64,000 nucleotides of DNA from Snowella sp. (GTDB taxonomy: Bacteria > Cyanobacteriota > Cyanobacteriia > Cyanobacteriales > Microcystaceae), in NCBI GenBank assembly GCA_035285545.1, contig JAYKGY010000019.1:1-64000 (forward strand), read 5' to 3'. A program made the translations under genes and the position numbers. The notes beneath the pieces are model-generated. The model searched no databases and was not told the origin of the DNA. It saw only the letters and a program-made list of their open reading frames with translations. Positions within the stretch are counted from its first letter, which is position 1. Each line of letters begins with the position of its first letter. Below are positions 50,861 through 61,069 of this stretch, one piece after another.

Positions 50861-50967
50861 TGAAGGTCTCGCTTTCAGATGAAAAACTGATTACCTGAAC
50901 CAGGCAGCTTGCCAGTATGTTGACTCAGGAAACTGGCTTTTAAATTACCAGTAGCTACTCCCCTTCA
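50861..50967 (-). ncRNA. yybP-ykoY manganese riboswitch
   Basis: Minus strand TGAAGGGGAGTAGC...GTCAACATAC...GCGAGACCTTCA: conserved blocks present, P1 TGAAGG/CCTTCA, located in the 5' UTR of the GDT1 transporter. Confidence 0.9.
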
Positions 50968-51140
50968 ATACGATATTTAAATTATCATAAATTTCTATTT
51001 TTTACCAGTAAAAACCGCAATTTTTGTATTTTTTTGATTCATTTTTGTTTCATCTTCTTTTCACTTTTTGCGTTTGATTTCCAATGCTTTTAAAAATCAG
51101 CAAACTTAAATTATCGCCGAAAATTCTGATTCTGCTGTTC

Positions 51141-51773
51141 CTAGTTGAAATTATCCTTAAACCATTGCCGAGTCATGGGTTGCTCCACCATCAAACCTTC
51201 GCCGCCTAAGGTTTCTAGGGGTTTGCCTTCTACGCTCAGCCAAATGAGGGTTTGGGGATCGACACTCGACGCTGTATAGATGACTTGTCCTAAACGTCCT
51301 GTCATTGAGGCACTCCCCCCCCCTTCGGTAAAATTCGCAGATAAATCGACATAAACGCCTTGATTATCAACTTTTACACTCAGTAAGCGAGTTTCTGACG
51401 GAATGGCAGTACTGGCTGATGCGGTTGGGGTTTGGGTTAATAATTGTTCTAAGGCGGTTTGGATAATTTGATTTTTGTCAGCGTTTTTGGGGACTAAGAC
51501 AGGGCTACCGATGAGTTCGATCTGCTCGTCTTGAGTGGTTAACCAATAGGTTTTGGCTTGAGATTGAACCAGATTCGTCTGAGGGCTTTGGGTTGTATCC
51601 TGATGGGCAGGAAGGGAGGGGGAGGGAATGGTTTCGACCTTCGGCGATCGCGTCGGGGAAGACGGGGTTAAGCTATGAAATGCCCACCAAGCCGTGCCTG
51701 TCCCGGCAACTAAAATTGCAATGATCGCTCCTACAGCAAAATTGGTTGATCGGCTTTGATTTTTACGTGCCAT
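51141..51773 (-). CDS. GerMN-domain membrane-anchored protein
   Basis: TM anchor, VDLSANFTEGGGSASMTGRLGQVIYTA and VEGKPLETLGGEG. ATG at 51773 after GGAGAG avoids overlap with the next gene. Confidence 0.88.
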   Translation of the reverse strand: MARKNQSRSTNFAVGAIIAILVAGTGTAWWAFHSLTPSSPTRSPKVETIPSPSLPAHQDTTQSPQTNLVQSQAKTYWLTTQDEQIELIGSPVLVPKNADKNQIIQTALEQLLTQTPTASASTAIPSETRLLSVKVDNQGVYVDLSANFTEGGGSASMTGRLGQVIYTASSVDPQTLIWLSVEGKPLETLGGEGLMVEQPMTRQWFKDNFN

Positions 51774-51848
51774 GATTTCCCTCTCCTCATATCCATCCAT
51801 GTCTAGTGTATCGCTTTCTTTTAAAATAACCGTTAATCCCAACTCATC

Positions 51849-53030
51849 ATGAAGCTCAATAACAAGCAACAGTTAGTGTTAATCGGAGGAGGTCATAGTC
51901 ACGCGATCGCCTTAAAAGAGTGGGGAAAAAAGCCCTTACCTCAGGTTGAGTTAACCCTCATTACTGATGTTTTATTAACGCCTTATTCAGGAATGCTACC
52001 GGGCTATATTGCCGGATTTTATCGCTTTGAAGAAACCCATATTAACTTACAAAAATTAGCTCACTTTGCTCAAGCCCAGTTAATTTTAACGCAAGCAATG
52101 GGTTTAGATTTAGACAAAAAACAGGTCTTTTGTGCTGATCATTCGCCGATTTCTTTTGATATTTTATCCATTGATATTGGAAGTACGCCCAATCGATTAA
52201 CCGTTTCAGGAGCCAGTAGCTATGCCATCCCCGCTAAGCCCGTTCCCCAACTCCTTCAAGCTTGGGAAGACTTATTAACTCGTGTTCGCCAAAGCCCAAC
52301 AAAATCCTTATCAATTGCGATTGTCGGTGGCGGTGCGGGAGGCGTTGAATTAGCGTTAAATATGCAAACTCGATTAAAGACAATCTTACAAAATGTTGTT
52401 ATTAATCATCCTGAAAATCGGATTACCTTTCATTTATTTCACCGAGGAAATCGATTATTAGAAAGTCATAGTCCTTGGGTTAGCCACAAATTAGAAAAGA
52501 TCCTGCAAGAAAGAAGCATTCATCTTCATTTATCTGAAACAGTTCAAGCTATTCACCCTATTTCACAGAATTCCTGCCAATTACGTTGTAAATCCGGTTT
52601 AACGCTTGATACGAATTATATTTTTTGGGTGACGCAAGCGAGTTCTCCCGATTGGATCAAAACATCGGGGTTAAGTACCGATTCTCAAGGGTTTATTTCA
52701 GTCAATAATACTTTGCAATCTCTATCCCATCAGTTTGTTTTTGCAGCAGGCGATATTGCAACTATGCTGAACGCCCCCCATCCCAAAGCCGGCGTTTTTG
52801 CAGTACGGCAGGGCAAACCCTTATTCCGAAATTGGCGTAATTTGCTGTTAAATCAACCCTTAAAGCCCTATTATCCTCAAAAATATTACCTCGGTCTAAT
52901 CGGGACAGGAGATCAATCGGCGATCGCGTCTTGGGGGAATTGGGGCTGGCAATCATCTTGGCTTTGGCATTGGAAAGATCACATTGATCGATCATTTATG
53001 GCTCAATTTACAACCTTGGGGGATTCATAA
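51849..53030 (+). CDS. FAD-dependent pyridine nucleotide-disulfide oxidoreductase (stand-alone homolog of the SelD N-terminal fusion domain)
   Basis: LVLIGGGHSH, PYSGMLPG, VGGGAGGVE, PKAGVFAVRQG, WKDHIDRSFM motifs. Confidence 0.88.
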   Translation: MKLNNKQQLVLIGGGHSHAIALKEWGKKPLPQVELTLITDVLLTPYSGMLPGYIAGFYRFEETHINLQKLAHFAQAQLILTQAMGLDLDKKQVFCADHSPISFDILSIDIGSTPNRLTVSGASSYAIPAKPVPQLLQAWEDLLTRVRQSPTKSLSIAIVGGGAGGVELALNMQTRLKTILQNVVINHPENRITFHLFHRGNRLLESHSPWVSHKLEKILQERSIHLHLSETVQAIHPISQNSCQLRCKSGLTLDTNYIFWVTQASSPDWIKTSGLSTDSQGFISVNNTLQSLSHQFVFAAGDIATMLNAPHPKAGVFAVRQGKPLFRNWRNLLLNQPLKPYYPQKYYLGLIGTGDQSAIASWGNWGWQSSWLWHWKDHIDRSFMAQFTTLGDS

Positions 53031-53079
53031 AATTATCGACAATCGGATGTTTAAAATCCTGTCCTTTAGGAGTGAACCG

Positions 53080-53844
53080 CTATCGTTTTAACCGAGTCTT
53101 GAGCAACTGCCAACTAAATAAAAGGACAAAGGCGGGATTAGTCACCAAATATCTCTGCCATAACCGCCCAGGTTCCATCATTAACCGATAAAGCCATTCC
53201 AATCCCCTTGCCATCATCCACCGAGGAGCCTGGGAGACTTCTCCACTGTGAAAACTGAAGGCTGCACCGACTCCCATCATGACGGCTTGTAAATTGCCTT
53301 GTTGTCGAGCCATCCACGCTTCTTGCTTGGGACATCCCAAACCGACAAAGACTATCCTCGCTCCACTATTATGGATAATTTCACGAATATTCGCTTCTTC
53401 CTCGCTATTTAAGAGCCGAAACGGAGGGGCATAACTTCCCGCGATCGCTAACGTCGGAAATTGCTGTAATAAGAATTGGGTTAATTGGGACAACATCCCT
53501 TCAGTACCACCATAAAAAAAGACGGGAATTTGTTTTTCGGCTGCGCGTTGACAGCAAGCTAACATTAAGTCTGGCCCATAAACCCGCGTTTGTTTTACGA
53601 TCCCTAACCAGCGTAATCCCCAGACTAAGGGCATTCCATCGGGAGTAATTAAGGCAGCCGTGTTAATAATTTTTTGATAGGCATCATTCCAATAAGCACT
53701 CATCACTAAATGCACATTAGCGGCAACCACATAACAGGATTGGTTTTGATTGATCCACTCTTCAATGCGATCGCAAGCATCGGCATAACTCGTCGCATCT
53801 ACACGGGTTTTCAAAATATATCGATGGTTAAGCTCAGGTAACAC
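53080..53844 (-). CDS. WecB/TagA/CpsF family glycosyltransferase
   Basis: PDGMPLVW, RVYGPDLM, VGLGCPKQE, GLEWLYRL..EP.RLW.RY motifs. Confidence 0.93.
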   Translation of the reverse strand: MLPELNHRYILKTRVDATSYADACDRIEEWINQNQSCYVVAANVHLVMSAYWNDAYQKIINTAALITPDGMPLVWGLRWLGIVKQTRVYGPDLMLACCQRAAEKQIPVFFYGGTEGMLSQLTQFLLQQFPTLAIAGSYAPPFRLLNSEEEANIREIIHNSGARIVFVGLGCPKQEAWMARQQGNLQAVMMGVGAAFSFHSGEVSQAPRWMMARGLEWLYRLMMEPGRLWQRYLVTNPAFVLLFSWQLLKTRLKR

Positions 53845-54510
53845 CCAGTTTTAGGAGGCTAATTCAAATCTTATGTGTGACGTTGGTTCCAGCATATCGC
53901 AGATTCAGGAGCCTCTCCCTGAAGTTTGAACAAGGCTTTATAAAGCGACAACCTAACGTTTAACAGCATGCTTTGACCGATATTGACATCAAAAATTGAT
54001 GAGCGATCGCCCAAACCCATCTACGAAAAAAAACTCCTGGTCGTCTGTCCATGTTTCGACTCCAAGAGTTTTTATTACTCCTCACACACAATCGTGAGTA
54101 TAACGTAATTTGAATGCAATTGTTAGGCTTCATCACAAAATTCGGCAATATATTATTGTCTTAGGATTATTGTTAAGAATTCATGACTGACAATGGGCGC
54201 GATGTTAGCAAGATCCTTAACGCTTGAAAAACCAAGTGTTTTATATCAAGAAATCATGACATAGCGATCCCAAAAAGCTTATTAAATCGTTGTAGTCGAT
54301 CAGATTGATCGCAGAAAGCCTTGACGGATCAAGGATGGATTAGGTTACATAAGATTAAGCAAATGATCCCCACCTTCGGCGATCGCCTAGCACCTTACAT
54401 AAACATAAGGAAAGTTAAAAGACAGTTTAATTTACCGTCGAGGTATCTACCCATTCAACTGATCTGAAGCTCGACTAGGAGTAGTTCTAAACGATTGGAG
54501 AGTTTATCTC

Positions 54511-55743
54511 ATGACCCAAGAACGTCCCCCATTAGATGAGATGACGCTGCGACAACTGCGAAGGGTTGCTAGCGAATACAACATCTCCCGCTATAGTCGG
54601 ATGCGAAAAACCCAATTATTAGCATCTATTCAACAAGCTATTGAAACTCAAGTTAATAATCCTTTTTTAATCAGTCCCCAGGAGGAGCAATTAGTGGAAG
54701 CATCGAAGTTTGAACTCGGTCAAGATGATAAAATTGGCGGCCCCATCACGTCGGTGGATGAAGCGTTAGGCGATTTACCTGGCGGTTATGGCGAAAGCCG
54801 CATTGTTTTGTTACCTCGTGATCCCCAATGGGCCTATGCTTACTGGGATCTGCCCAATGAGCACAAAGAAGAACTCCGTCGCCAAGGTGGCCAGCAATTA
54901 GCCTTACGGCTCTACGATGTTACCGATCTTTCAGAATTCCAAAGCCCCCACAGCGTTCAAGAATATCTCTGTGATGAGTTAGCCCGTGAGTGGTACTTAC
55001 CCATTCCCGTCAGCGATCGCGATTATGCCGTTGATATCGGTTATCGCACCTTTGATGGTCGTTGGTTAGTCCTCGCCCGTTCTGCTGCTATCCGCATTCC
55101 CCCTGTTTACCCCTCCGATTGGGTTGAAGATATCTTTGTCACCGTTAACTGGGATGAAGACTTAGCCGGCCGTACCGTTTACGAACTCATTCCCCCCAGC
55201 AAGCGTCCCATCGGTGCCCCCAATGCCATCTACGATCAAATCTTTGGGATGGCCCAAGGGGTGGAAGCACAACGGGTTGCAGGTTCTCTCTACGGCTCCA
55301 TGCAGCAAGTTCCTTCTTCAGTTGGCCCCGAACAAGCGATCAGTTCCTACGTTTTCCCCTCTGGTGTGGGGATGTGGGCGGTTCCCAACGTGTCAGGCTT
55401 AACCATGTCTGGCATCGGTTTAACGGCTTCAGGAATTGGCATGGGTGCGTCCGAATCCTTGGTACGTCAGCGTCAGTTCTGGTTAGTGGCCGATGCTGAG
55501 TTGATTGTCTATGGGGCAACCGAACCCGATGCAACCGTAACCATTGGTGGTCGTCCGATTAAACTCAATCCCGATGGAACCTTCCGCTTCCAGATGTCCT
55601 TCCAAGATGGCTTAATTGACTATCCCATCATGGCAGTAGCCGTAGACGGTGAACAAACCCGCAATATCCACATGAAGTTTACCCGTGAAACGCCTTCTCG
55701 CAATACCAATACCAAAGAAGAGGCAGTTCCAGAGTTCTTCTAA
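54511..55743 (+). CDS. DUF4912-domain protein with Rho-N-like N-terminus
   Basis: MTLRQLRRVASEYNISRYSRMRK, LLPRDPQWAYAYWD, FWLVADAELIVYGATEPDA motifs. Confidence 0.85.
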   Translation: MTQERPPLDEMTLRQLRRVASEYNISRYSRMRKTQLLASIQQAIETQVNNPFLISPQEEQLVEASKFELGQDDKIGGPITSVDEALGDLPGGYGESRIVLLPRDPQWAYAYWDLPNEHKEELRRQGGQQLALRLYDVTDLSEFQSPHSVQEYLCDELAREWYLPIPVSDRDYAVDIGYRTFDGRWLVLARSAAIRIPPVYPSDWVEDIFVTVNWDEDLAGRTVYELIPPSKRPIGAPNAIYDQIFGMAQGVEAQRVAGSLYGSMQQVPSSVGPEQAISSYVFPSGVGMWAVPNVSGLTMSGIGLTASGIGMGASESLVRQRQFWLVADAELIVYGATEPDATVTIGGRPIKLNPDGTFRFQMSFQDGLIDYPIMAVAVDGEQTRNIHMKFTRETPSRNTNTKEEAVPEFF

Positions 55744-55821
55744 ATTGGGATTTTAGTAAATTAAATTTTAAGTTTGCCAACTCAATAAGTCCTCGATACG
55801 CGATCGGGGGCTTTTTTTTCT

Positions 55822-56247
55822 TTAAGGAACAATTAAAACAGGACAGGGCGACAGATTAATCACGCGAGTTGTCACGCTTTCATTAACCCCTTCCACCGTT
55901 AGCCCCAAACCGCGACACCCCATCACAATTAAATCCGCCCCAATTTCATCGGCCACATCACAGATGGTAAACGACGGCATCCCTTCCCGTTCAACCATAT
56001 CGGCATTAATCCCTTGCTGCGCGAACAGAGCTTGAGCTGCTTGTAAGAGTTTTTCTACCTCTTCAGGAGAAGTCATCACGGGAGAAGAGGGCTGTTCAGG
56101 GGCAGGTGTAGCGTCAGGCGATGCTTTTTCAACAACAGAAAGTAAAAAGAGGCGACTATTGTAAGTTTTGACTAAGTTTGCCACCATCTGGGCCGCTTCA
56201 CGGGCTTCTCGGCTTTGGTCAATGGGAAATAAAATCGTTTTAAACAT
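55822..56247 (-). CDS. Universal stress protein
   Basis: MFKTILFPID, ADLIVMGCRG, SVTTRVINLSPCPVLIVP. Confidence 0.93.
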   Translation of the reverse strand: MFKTILFPIDQSREAREAAQMVANLVKTYNSRLFLLSVVEKASPDATPAPEQPSSPVMTSPEEVEKLLQAAQALFAQQGINADMVEREGMPSFTICDVADEIGADLIVMGCRGLGLTVEGVNESVTTRVINLSPCPVLIVP

Positions 56248-56410
56248 AAAATTTACCTCTATCTTCTTCTACTCATACTGTGATTAGGAGTGGAATGACA
56301 ACGAAATGATATAAAAATTTTTAGTTGACCTTTGTGTTAGTCATTGTCGGAAGGTGCATAGGCTGATTTAATTTTGGGTAGGACTATAAATGCAGTAGGA
56401 GGAATTGGCC

Positions 56411-57631
56411 GTGCCCAAGAAAAGTGTAGCAAATCTGTCAGAAGCTGATGTTGCTGGAAAGCGTGTGTTTGTACGAGTTGATTTTAATGTGCCCTTGGAT
56501 GATGCGGGAGCCATTACTGACGATACTCGGATTCGTGCGGCATTGCCAACCATTCAGGATTTAACCTCTAAAGGTGCAAAAGTTATTCTCGCCAGCCATT
56601 TTGGCCGTCCCAAAGGAGAAAGCTTTGTTGAGCGGGTCAAAGATAAATTACGTTTAACCCCTGTCGCGGCTCGTTTATCCCAATTATTAGGTAAGCCGGT
56701 TGCTAAGCCGGATGATTGTATTGGGGCTGAGGTAGAAGCGGCGGTTGCAGCTCTCAATAATGGCGATGTCCTGTTATTGGAAAACGTGCGTTTCCATCCC
56801 GGTGAAGAAAAAAATGATCCTGAATTTACTCAAAAATTAGCGGCTTTAGCCGATTTATACGTTAATGATGCTTTTGGTACGGCTCACCGTGCCCATGCTT
56901 CCACCGAAGGGGTAACGAAATATCTCAGTCCCTCGGTAGCTGGTTTCTTAATTGAAAAAGAACTGCAATATCTCCAAAGCGCGATCGAAGAACCCAAACG
57001 TCCTTTGGCTGCCATTATTGGGGGATCAAAAGTTTCTAGCAAAATCGGTGTGATTGAAACCCTTTTAGAAAAATGTGACAAATTGATCATCGGTGGCGGC
57101 ATGATCTTCACCTTTTATAAAGCTCGCGGTTTAAAAGTAGGTTCCTCTTTAGTCGAAGACGATAAATTGGAATTAGCCAAAACCTTGGAAGCCAAAGCCA
57201 AAGAAAAAGGTGTTCAACTGCTATTACCGACCGATGTGGTCGTTGCGGATAAATTTGCTTCCGATGCGAATTCCCAAACCGTTAGTATCAATGATATTCC
57301 CGATGGTTGGATGGGCTTAGATATTGGGCCTGATTCTATCAAGGTTTTCCAAGAAGCTTTGGCGGATGTCAAGACTGTCATTTGGAATGGCCCGATGGGG
57401 GTATTTGAATTTGATAAGTTTGCGGCGGGAACCGAAGCGATCGCGCACACATTAGCGGGATTAACAGGAACAGGCACGACAACTATTATCGGTGGTGGTG
57501 ACTCCGTTGCTGCGGTTGAAAAAGTCGGTGTCGCTGAAAAAATGAGCCATATCTCGACAGGTGGTGGTGCAAGCCTGGAATTACTGGAAGGTAAGGTTTT
57601 ACCAGGGATTGCTGCATTGAATGATGCTTAA
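56411..57631 (+). CDS. pgk: Phosphoglycerate kinase
   Basis: [49 protein letters not shown] motifs. Start is GTG 56411 or TTG 56405. Confidence 0.97.
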   Translation: MPKKSVANLSEADVAGKRVFVRVDFNVPLDDAGAITDDTRIRAALPTIQDLTSKGAKVILASHFGRPKGESFVERVKDKLRLTPVAARLSQLLGKPVAKPDDCIGAEVEAAVAALNNGDVLLLENVRFHPGEEKNDPEFTQKLAALADLYVNDAFGTAHRAHASTEGVTKYLSPSVAGFLIEKELQYLQSAIEEPKRPLAAIIGGSKVSSKIGVIETLLEKCDKLIIGGGMIFTFYKARGLKVGSSLVEDDKLELAKTLEAKAKEKGVQLLLPTDVVVADKFASDANSQTVSINDIPDGWMGLDIGPDSIKVFQEALADVKTVIWNGPMGVFEFDKFAAGTEAIAHTLAGLTGTGTTTIIGGGDSVAAVEKVGVAEKMSHISTGGGASLELLEGKVLPGIAALNDA

Positions 57632-57673
57632 TTCTCGTTTTTAAGCGTTTTTAAATCAAAAATTTCATTTTTG

Positions 57674-57700
57674 GGGTGGGCAATAGGTTCACCCTTTTTT
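57674..57700 (+). terminator. Intrinsic terminator after pgk
   Basis: GGGTGGGC-AATAG-GTTCACCC-TTTTTT. Confidence 0.65.
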
Positions 57701-57850
57701 CTTTAGACCATCTTCTAGCCGATAGCCCCTGACTTCATTAAAGAAATTCAAGCAGTTAAAAATATTAGAATTGGGTAGCATTATGAATAAAATTGAAAAA
57801 CGATGAGCAACCGAGGAATGGCAGCCTATGTCGGTCTACCATAAAGAAAC

Positions 57851-59419
57851 TTAAACTGAAATGAGATTTTTCTCAGAAGTAGCAACAGGAGCCGTTAAAG
57901 CTTCTTCTAACGCTGCTTTACCCAATCGCTGTTCTAAAATCTTCATCACTTCGCGGCCAAAATCATTAGGGTTTTGGTTCCAGGCTTGTAAACAAATTTC
58001 CCCAAAGAACGAACCGAGCGGTTCAGGGTTCCACAGCAGTTTTTTGGCATTCCAAGGCATTAAACTCATGGGATTATACCCTGGTTTTAAAATCTCTTCT
58101 TTAAAGGCATATTCTTCCAAAATGGTATGGGGTTGAAGACCAATAAAGAAGATGGCAGGTTCAACTTTTTCCACTCCAAAGATATTTTCTAATTCCCGAT
58201 GGTAAGCGATCGTTTGGCGGATAGTCTCAACGGTTTCATCGATGACATTAAAAGAATAATTGACCGAAACCGTATCTTCAAACCCTGCTGCCTTTAAATC
58301 TCGACAATTTTGTAAAACATTCTTGAGGTTATAGCCCATCCGCATTTTACGAATTAATTCCTGGGAACCACTTGTAATCCCGATCTCAAAGTAATTCATC
58401 CCCGTTTTCACCATCAATTCGCAAAGATAGGGCGTTAAATTATCGGCTCGAATGTAGGCAGCCCAGTGAATATCCCTCATGCCAGAGGCTTGAATTTTTT
58501 CAAGTAGTTCAACGACATCATCAATGAATTTTTTCGCAGGGATAAACTGAGCATCGGTAAACCAAAAATTCCGAATTCCTCGGTCATAGAGTTGGCGCAT
58601 TTCGGCAATAACTTCATCGGCGGGATTGATGCGAACTTGTTTGCCTTCCACAACGGTATAGATGCAGTAACAACAATTATGGGGACAGCCGCGTTTGGTT
58701 TGAACGCCAATATAAAAGTCGTTTTCCTGTAAATAGTAGTCAAATTCTGACCAAATCGTACTGATGTAATCGTAGTTGCAAGCCGTTTTTTCTAAGGGAG
58801 TCGGCTGCTCATGGATTAAGCGGGGACGGGGATCGGTTTCTCCTACGACATAACAGCGTTCATCCCGAAATTCTTGGCCTTTGAGTAGTTTTTCTAGTAG
58901 GGTTTCGCCTTCTCCCACCGAGACAATGGTGCCTTGGGGCAATTGGGTCTTAAGTTGTTCATAAAAAACGCTGACTGCACCACCCCCAATGACTAAACGG
59001 GCATCAGGGTGATACTTTTTAGCTCGGTTCAAGCCTCGTTTAATTAAGCCAATATTTTGCCAGAGTTCGCTGTAATAGGCAGTAGTGACTTTTAACCCCC
59101 CTAATGCACCTCTGAGTTTGATGAAGGGATTTTTGGCATAGTAAAATTCAAAGGCATTTTGGAGGGGATTGCCACCTCGTCCCCCAACGGGAGCGTAAAT
59201 TTGAATATCACGCCAAGAGAAAACTAGTAGGGTCGGCTGAAAATCATCAATACAGTGATCTAAAGATTTTTTAAAGTCTAGGGGCGGAACCGTTCCTAAA
59301 TCAAAGATTTTTTGTTCAATATCGGGAAATTGTTTGTGGACATGATCAGACAAATAAACAACGCCAATGGGAAAAATCGGGTTACAAGGAAGGCGGACGT
59401 AGAGAATTCGCTGAGTCAT
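57851..59419 (-). CDS. B12-binding radical SAM protein, Slr0320-type (PSII high-light acclimation)
   Basis: ILYVRLPCNPIFPIGVVYL N-terminus, KRGCPHNCCYC, FWFTDAQF. ATG at 59419 chosen as start. Confidence 0.85.
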   Translation of the reverse strand: MTQRILYVRLPCNPIFPIGVVYLSDHVHKQFPDIEQKIFDLGTVPPLDFKKSLDHCIDDFQPTLLVFSWRDIQIYAPVGGRGGNPLQNAFEFYYAKNPFIKLRGALGGLKVTTAYYSELWQNIGLIKRGLNRAKKYHPDARLVIGGGAVSVFYEQLKTQLPQGTIVSVGEGETLLEKLLKGQEFRDERCYVVGETDPRPRLIHEQPTPLEKTACNYDYISTIWSEFDYYLQENDFYIGVQTKRGCPHNCCYCIYTVVEGKQVRINPADEVIAEMRQLYDRGIRNFWFTDAQFIPAKKFIDDVVELLEKIQASGMRDIHWAAYIRADNLTPYLCELMVKTGMNYFEIGITSGSQELIRKMRMGYNLKNVLQNCRDLKAAGFEDTVSVNYSFNVIDETVETIRQTIAYHRELENIFGVEKVEPAIFFIGLQPHTILEEYAFKEEILKPGYNPMSLMPWNAKKLLWNPEPLGSFFGEICLQAWNQNPNDFGREVMKILEQRLGKAALEEALTAPVATSEKNLISV

Positions 59420-59690
59420 AGGAGCGTGTAAGAAGAAGGTCGATGGTGTTATTGCAAGCAACAATCAAAACAGACTGGGAAAATTTGGCCGATGGCGATC
59501 GCCGAAGAACGGGTCGCTACTTCGTAAAGAAGTCATTAATAATTTTAATATAACTTAATGTTTTCTGGGTCGAGGAATTTTGAGAGAATTCAATCCTGCC
59601 CGAATAGTTCTAATTTGCCCAAACTATCACAATGGGACAGAAAAAAAGGAAAGGGGCTTATAAATTACGAATAACTGAAAAAATAGTTTT

Positions 59691-59769
59691 TGTAAGCAAA
59701 ACTACAAAGCAATAATCACCAATTCTGTACTTAAGGGGAGCAAAGAAATTGATTGTAATTATCTTTACA
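59691..59769 (+). promoter_or_regulatory. Two NtcA-type boxes (TGTA-N8-TACA) at 59691-59706 and 59754-59769
   Basis: TGTAAGCAAAACTACA and TGTAATTATCTTTACA. A TAN3T hexamer (TAGCTT, 59792) lies about 22 nt after the second box. Confidence 0.65.
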
Positions 59770-59839
59770 GCAAATGGGGATCAACGAGTGCTAGCTTATA
59801 GGGAACATGACAAACTGATTTAATATTTTCAGAAATACT

Positions 59840-60244
59840 ATGGCTCAGATCCTCGATCCTATTCCAGATGGACACCAGAGCATTCTTCTCTGCTGCTATG
59901 TAAACGCAACGAACCACATTCAAATCGCTCGAATTACGAATATTGCTAATTGGTACTTTGAGCGGGTTGTTTTTCCGGGTCAACGGCTGGTTTTTGAAGC
60001 TTTACCCCAAGCGCAGCTAGAAATCCATACGGGAATGATGGCTAGTTCCATTTTATCAGACACGATTCCCTGTGAACGACTCTGCATTAGTGATGAAATG
60101 GATGATGATTTCGATGACGATGATTTTAAGCCAACCTCGACTCTCCCCGCAATAGAGCCGCATCTGGTGGCTCCGAAGGTTGAAGCCGCACCTTTTGCGT
60201 TAAATGAAGGATATTCTTTGTCTTTAATGCCTATTTTTGCTTGA
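59840..60244 (+). CDS. DUF1830-domain protein
   Basis: MAQILDP, CCYVNAT..IQIARITNI.NWYFERVVFPGQRLVFEA motifs. Confidence 0.88.
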   Translation: MAQILDPIPDGHQSILLCCYVNATNHIQIARITNIANWYFERVVFPGQRLVFEALPQAQLEIHTGMMASSILSDTIPCERLCISDEMDDDFDDDDFKPTSTLPAIEPHLVAPKVEAAPFALNEGYSLSLMPIFA

Positions 60245-60351
60245 TTTAAGGATTTGATTTTCTTAGCTATCAATTGACGCGATCGCGGGTTGTCTGGAAA
60301 AGGGCAACCTTTTTTATGGCTTCGTTAACGATTGTTAAGATCGATTAGGCT

Positions 60352-60981
60352 TTAAATCCCTCGACCTTGCTGATTAAACTCTGCGACGGTTTGTTCTGAC
60401 AGTTCTTGGGTTGTCATGCTATTTAAGATTTCTAGGGGAATGGTTAGATGATTCGCTCCTGCGATCAGGGCATTTGCCGCTTCTTCCGGTGTTTTCAAGC
60501 TAGCAGCGAGGATTTCGGTGGAACTTCCCGCTAGGACTTGGGCCATATCTCGTACTAATTTCAGCCCATCCCCTAATAAACGGGTTGCTCGATTGACATA
60601 GGCGATCGCGTATTTGGCTCCGGCTTCTTTGGCGATCGCGGCCTGGGCAGGACTATAGATAGCGGTCACCGAACAGGGAATCTTATCCGATAAATAGGCC
60701 ACCACTTGGAAACCGATGGGCGTAGCCGGAATTTTTAGAACCGTTTTTTCCCCGATGAGGGCATAGGCTTTGCGGGCTTCTTTGACCATGCCGGCATAAT
60801 CCGTTGACATTAATTGATAATAAAGCTCCCCTGGGCTGAGTTGGGCTAATTGTTGTAGGGTTTCTTCCGGCGACAAGGGACTTTTGGCGAGCAAGCTTGG
60901 ATTGGTCGTAATTCCTTTGACCCAGCCCCAGTTTTGGGCAACTTTTGCATCTTCAATTAAGGCAGAATCGAGATAAATCAT
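60352..60981 (-). CDS. Transaldolase/fructose-6-phosphate aldolase family protein (short type)
   Basis: IYLDSA, GITTNPSL, VLKIPAT (Schiff-base Lys), ILAASLK. Confidence 0.9.
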   Translation of the reverse strand: MIYLDSALIEDAKVAQNWGWVKGITTNPSLLAKSPLSPEETLQQLAQLSPGELYYQLMSTDYAGMVKEARKAYALIGEKTVLKIPATPIGFQVVAYLSDKIPCSVTAIYSPAQAAIAKEAGAKYAIAYVNRATRLLGDGLKLVRDMAQVLAGSSTEILAASLKTPEEAANALIAGANHLTIPLEILNSMTTQELSEQTVAEFNQQGRGI

Positions 60982-61069
60982 GCACGCTCAACCGCATTTC
61001 GTTTGTTTTAGTGTATCAGTCCTTAGAGAAATCCGTTACAATTTCAGTTGATCTGTACTGACTGAGACT

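Noticed and set aside
51774..51869. Extended N-terminus of the GerMN ORF
   Set aside because: It would overlap the divergent oxidoreductase start; ATG 51773 has a better RBS.
654..60273. Many short ORFs antisense to or nested in long genes (e.g. 3122-3496, 4846-5142, 21796-22188, 39555-39857, 45612-45923, 59980-60273)
   Set aside because: They are shadow frames of well-supported genes with no recognisable motifs.
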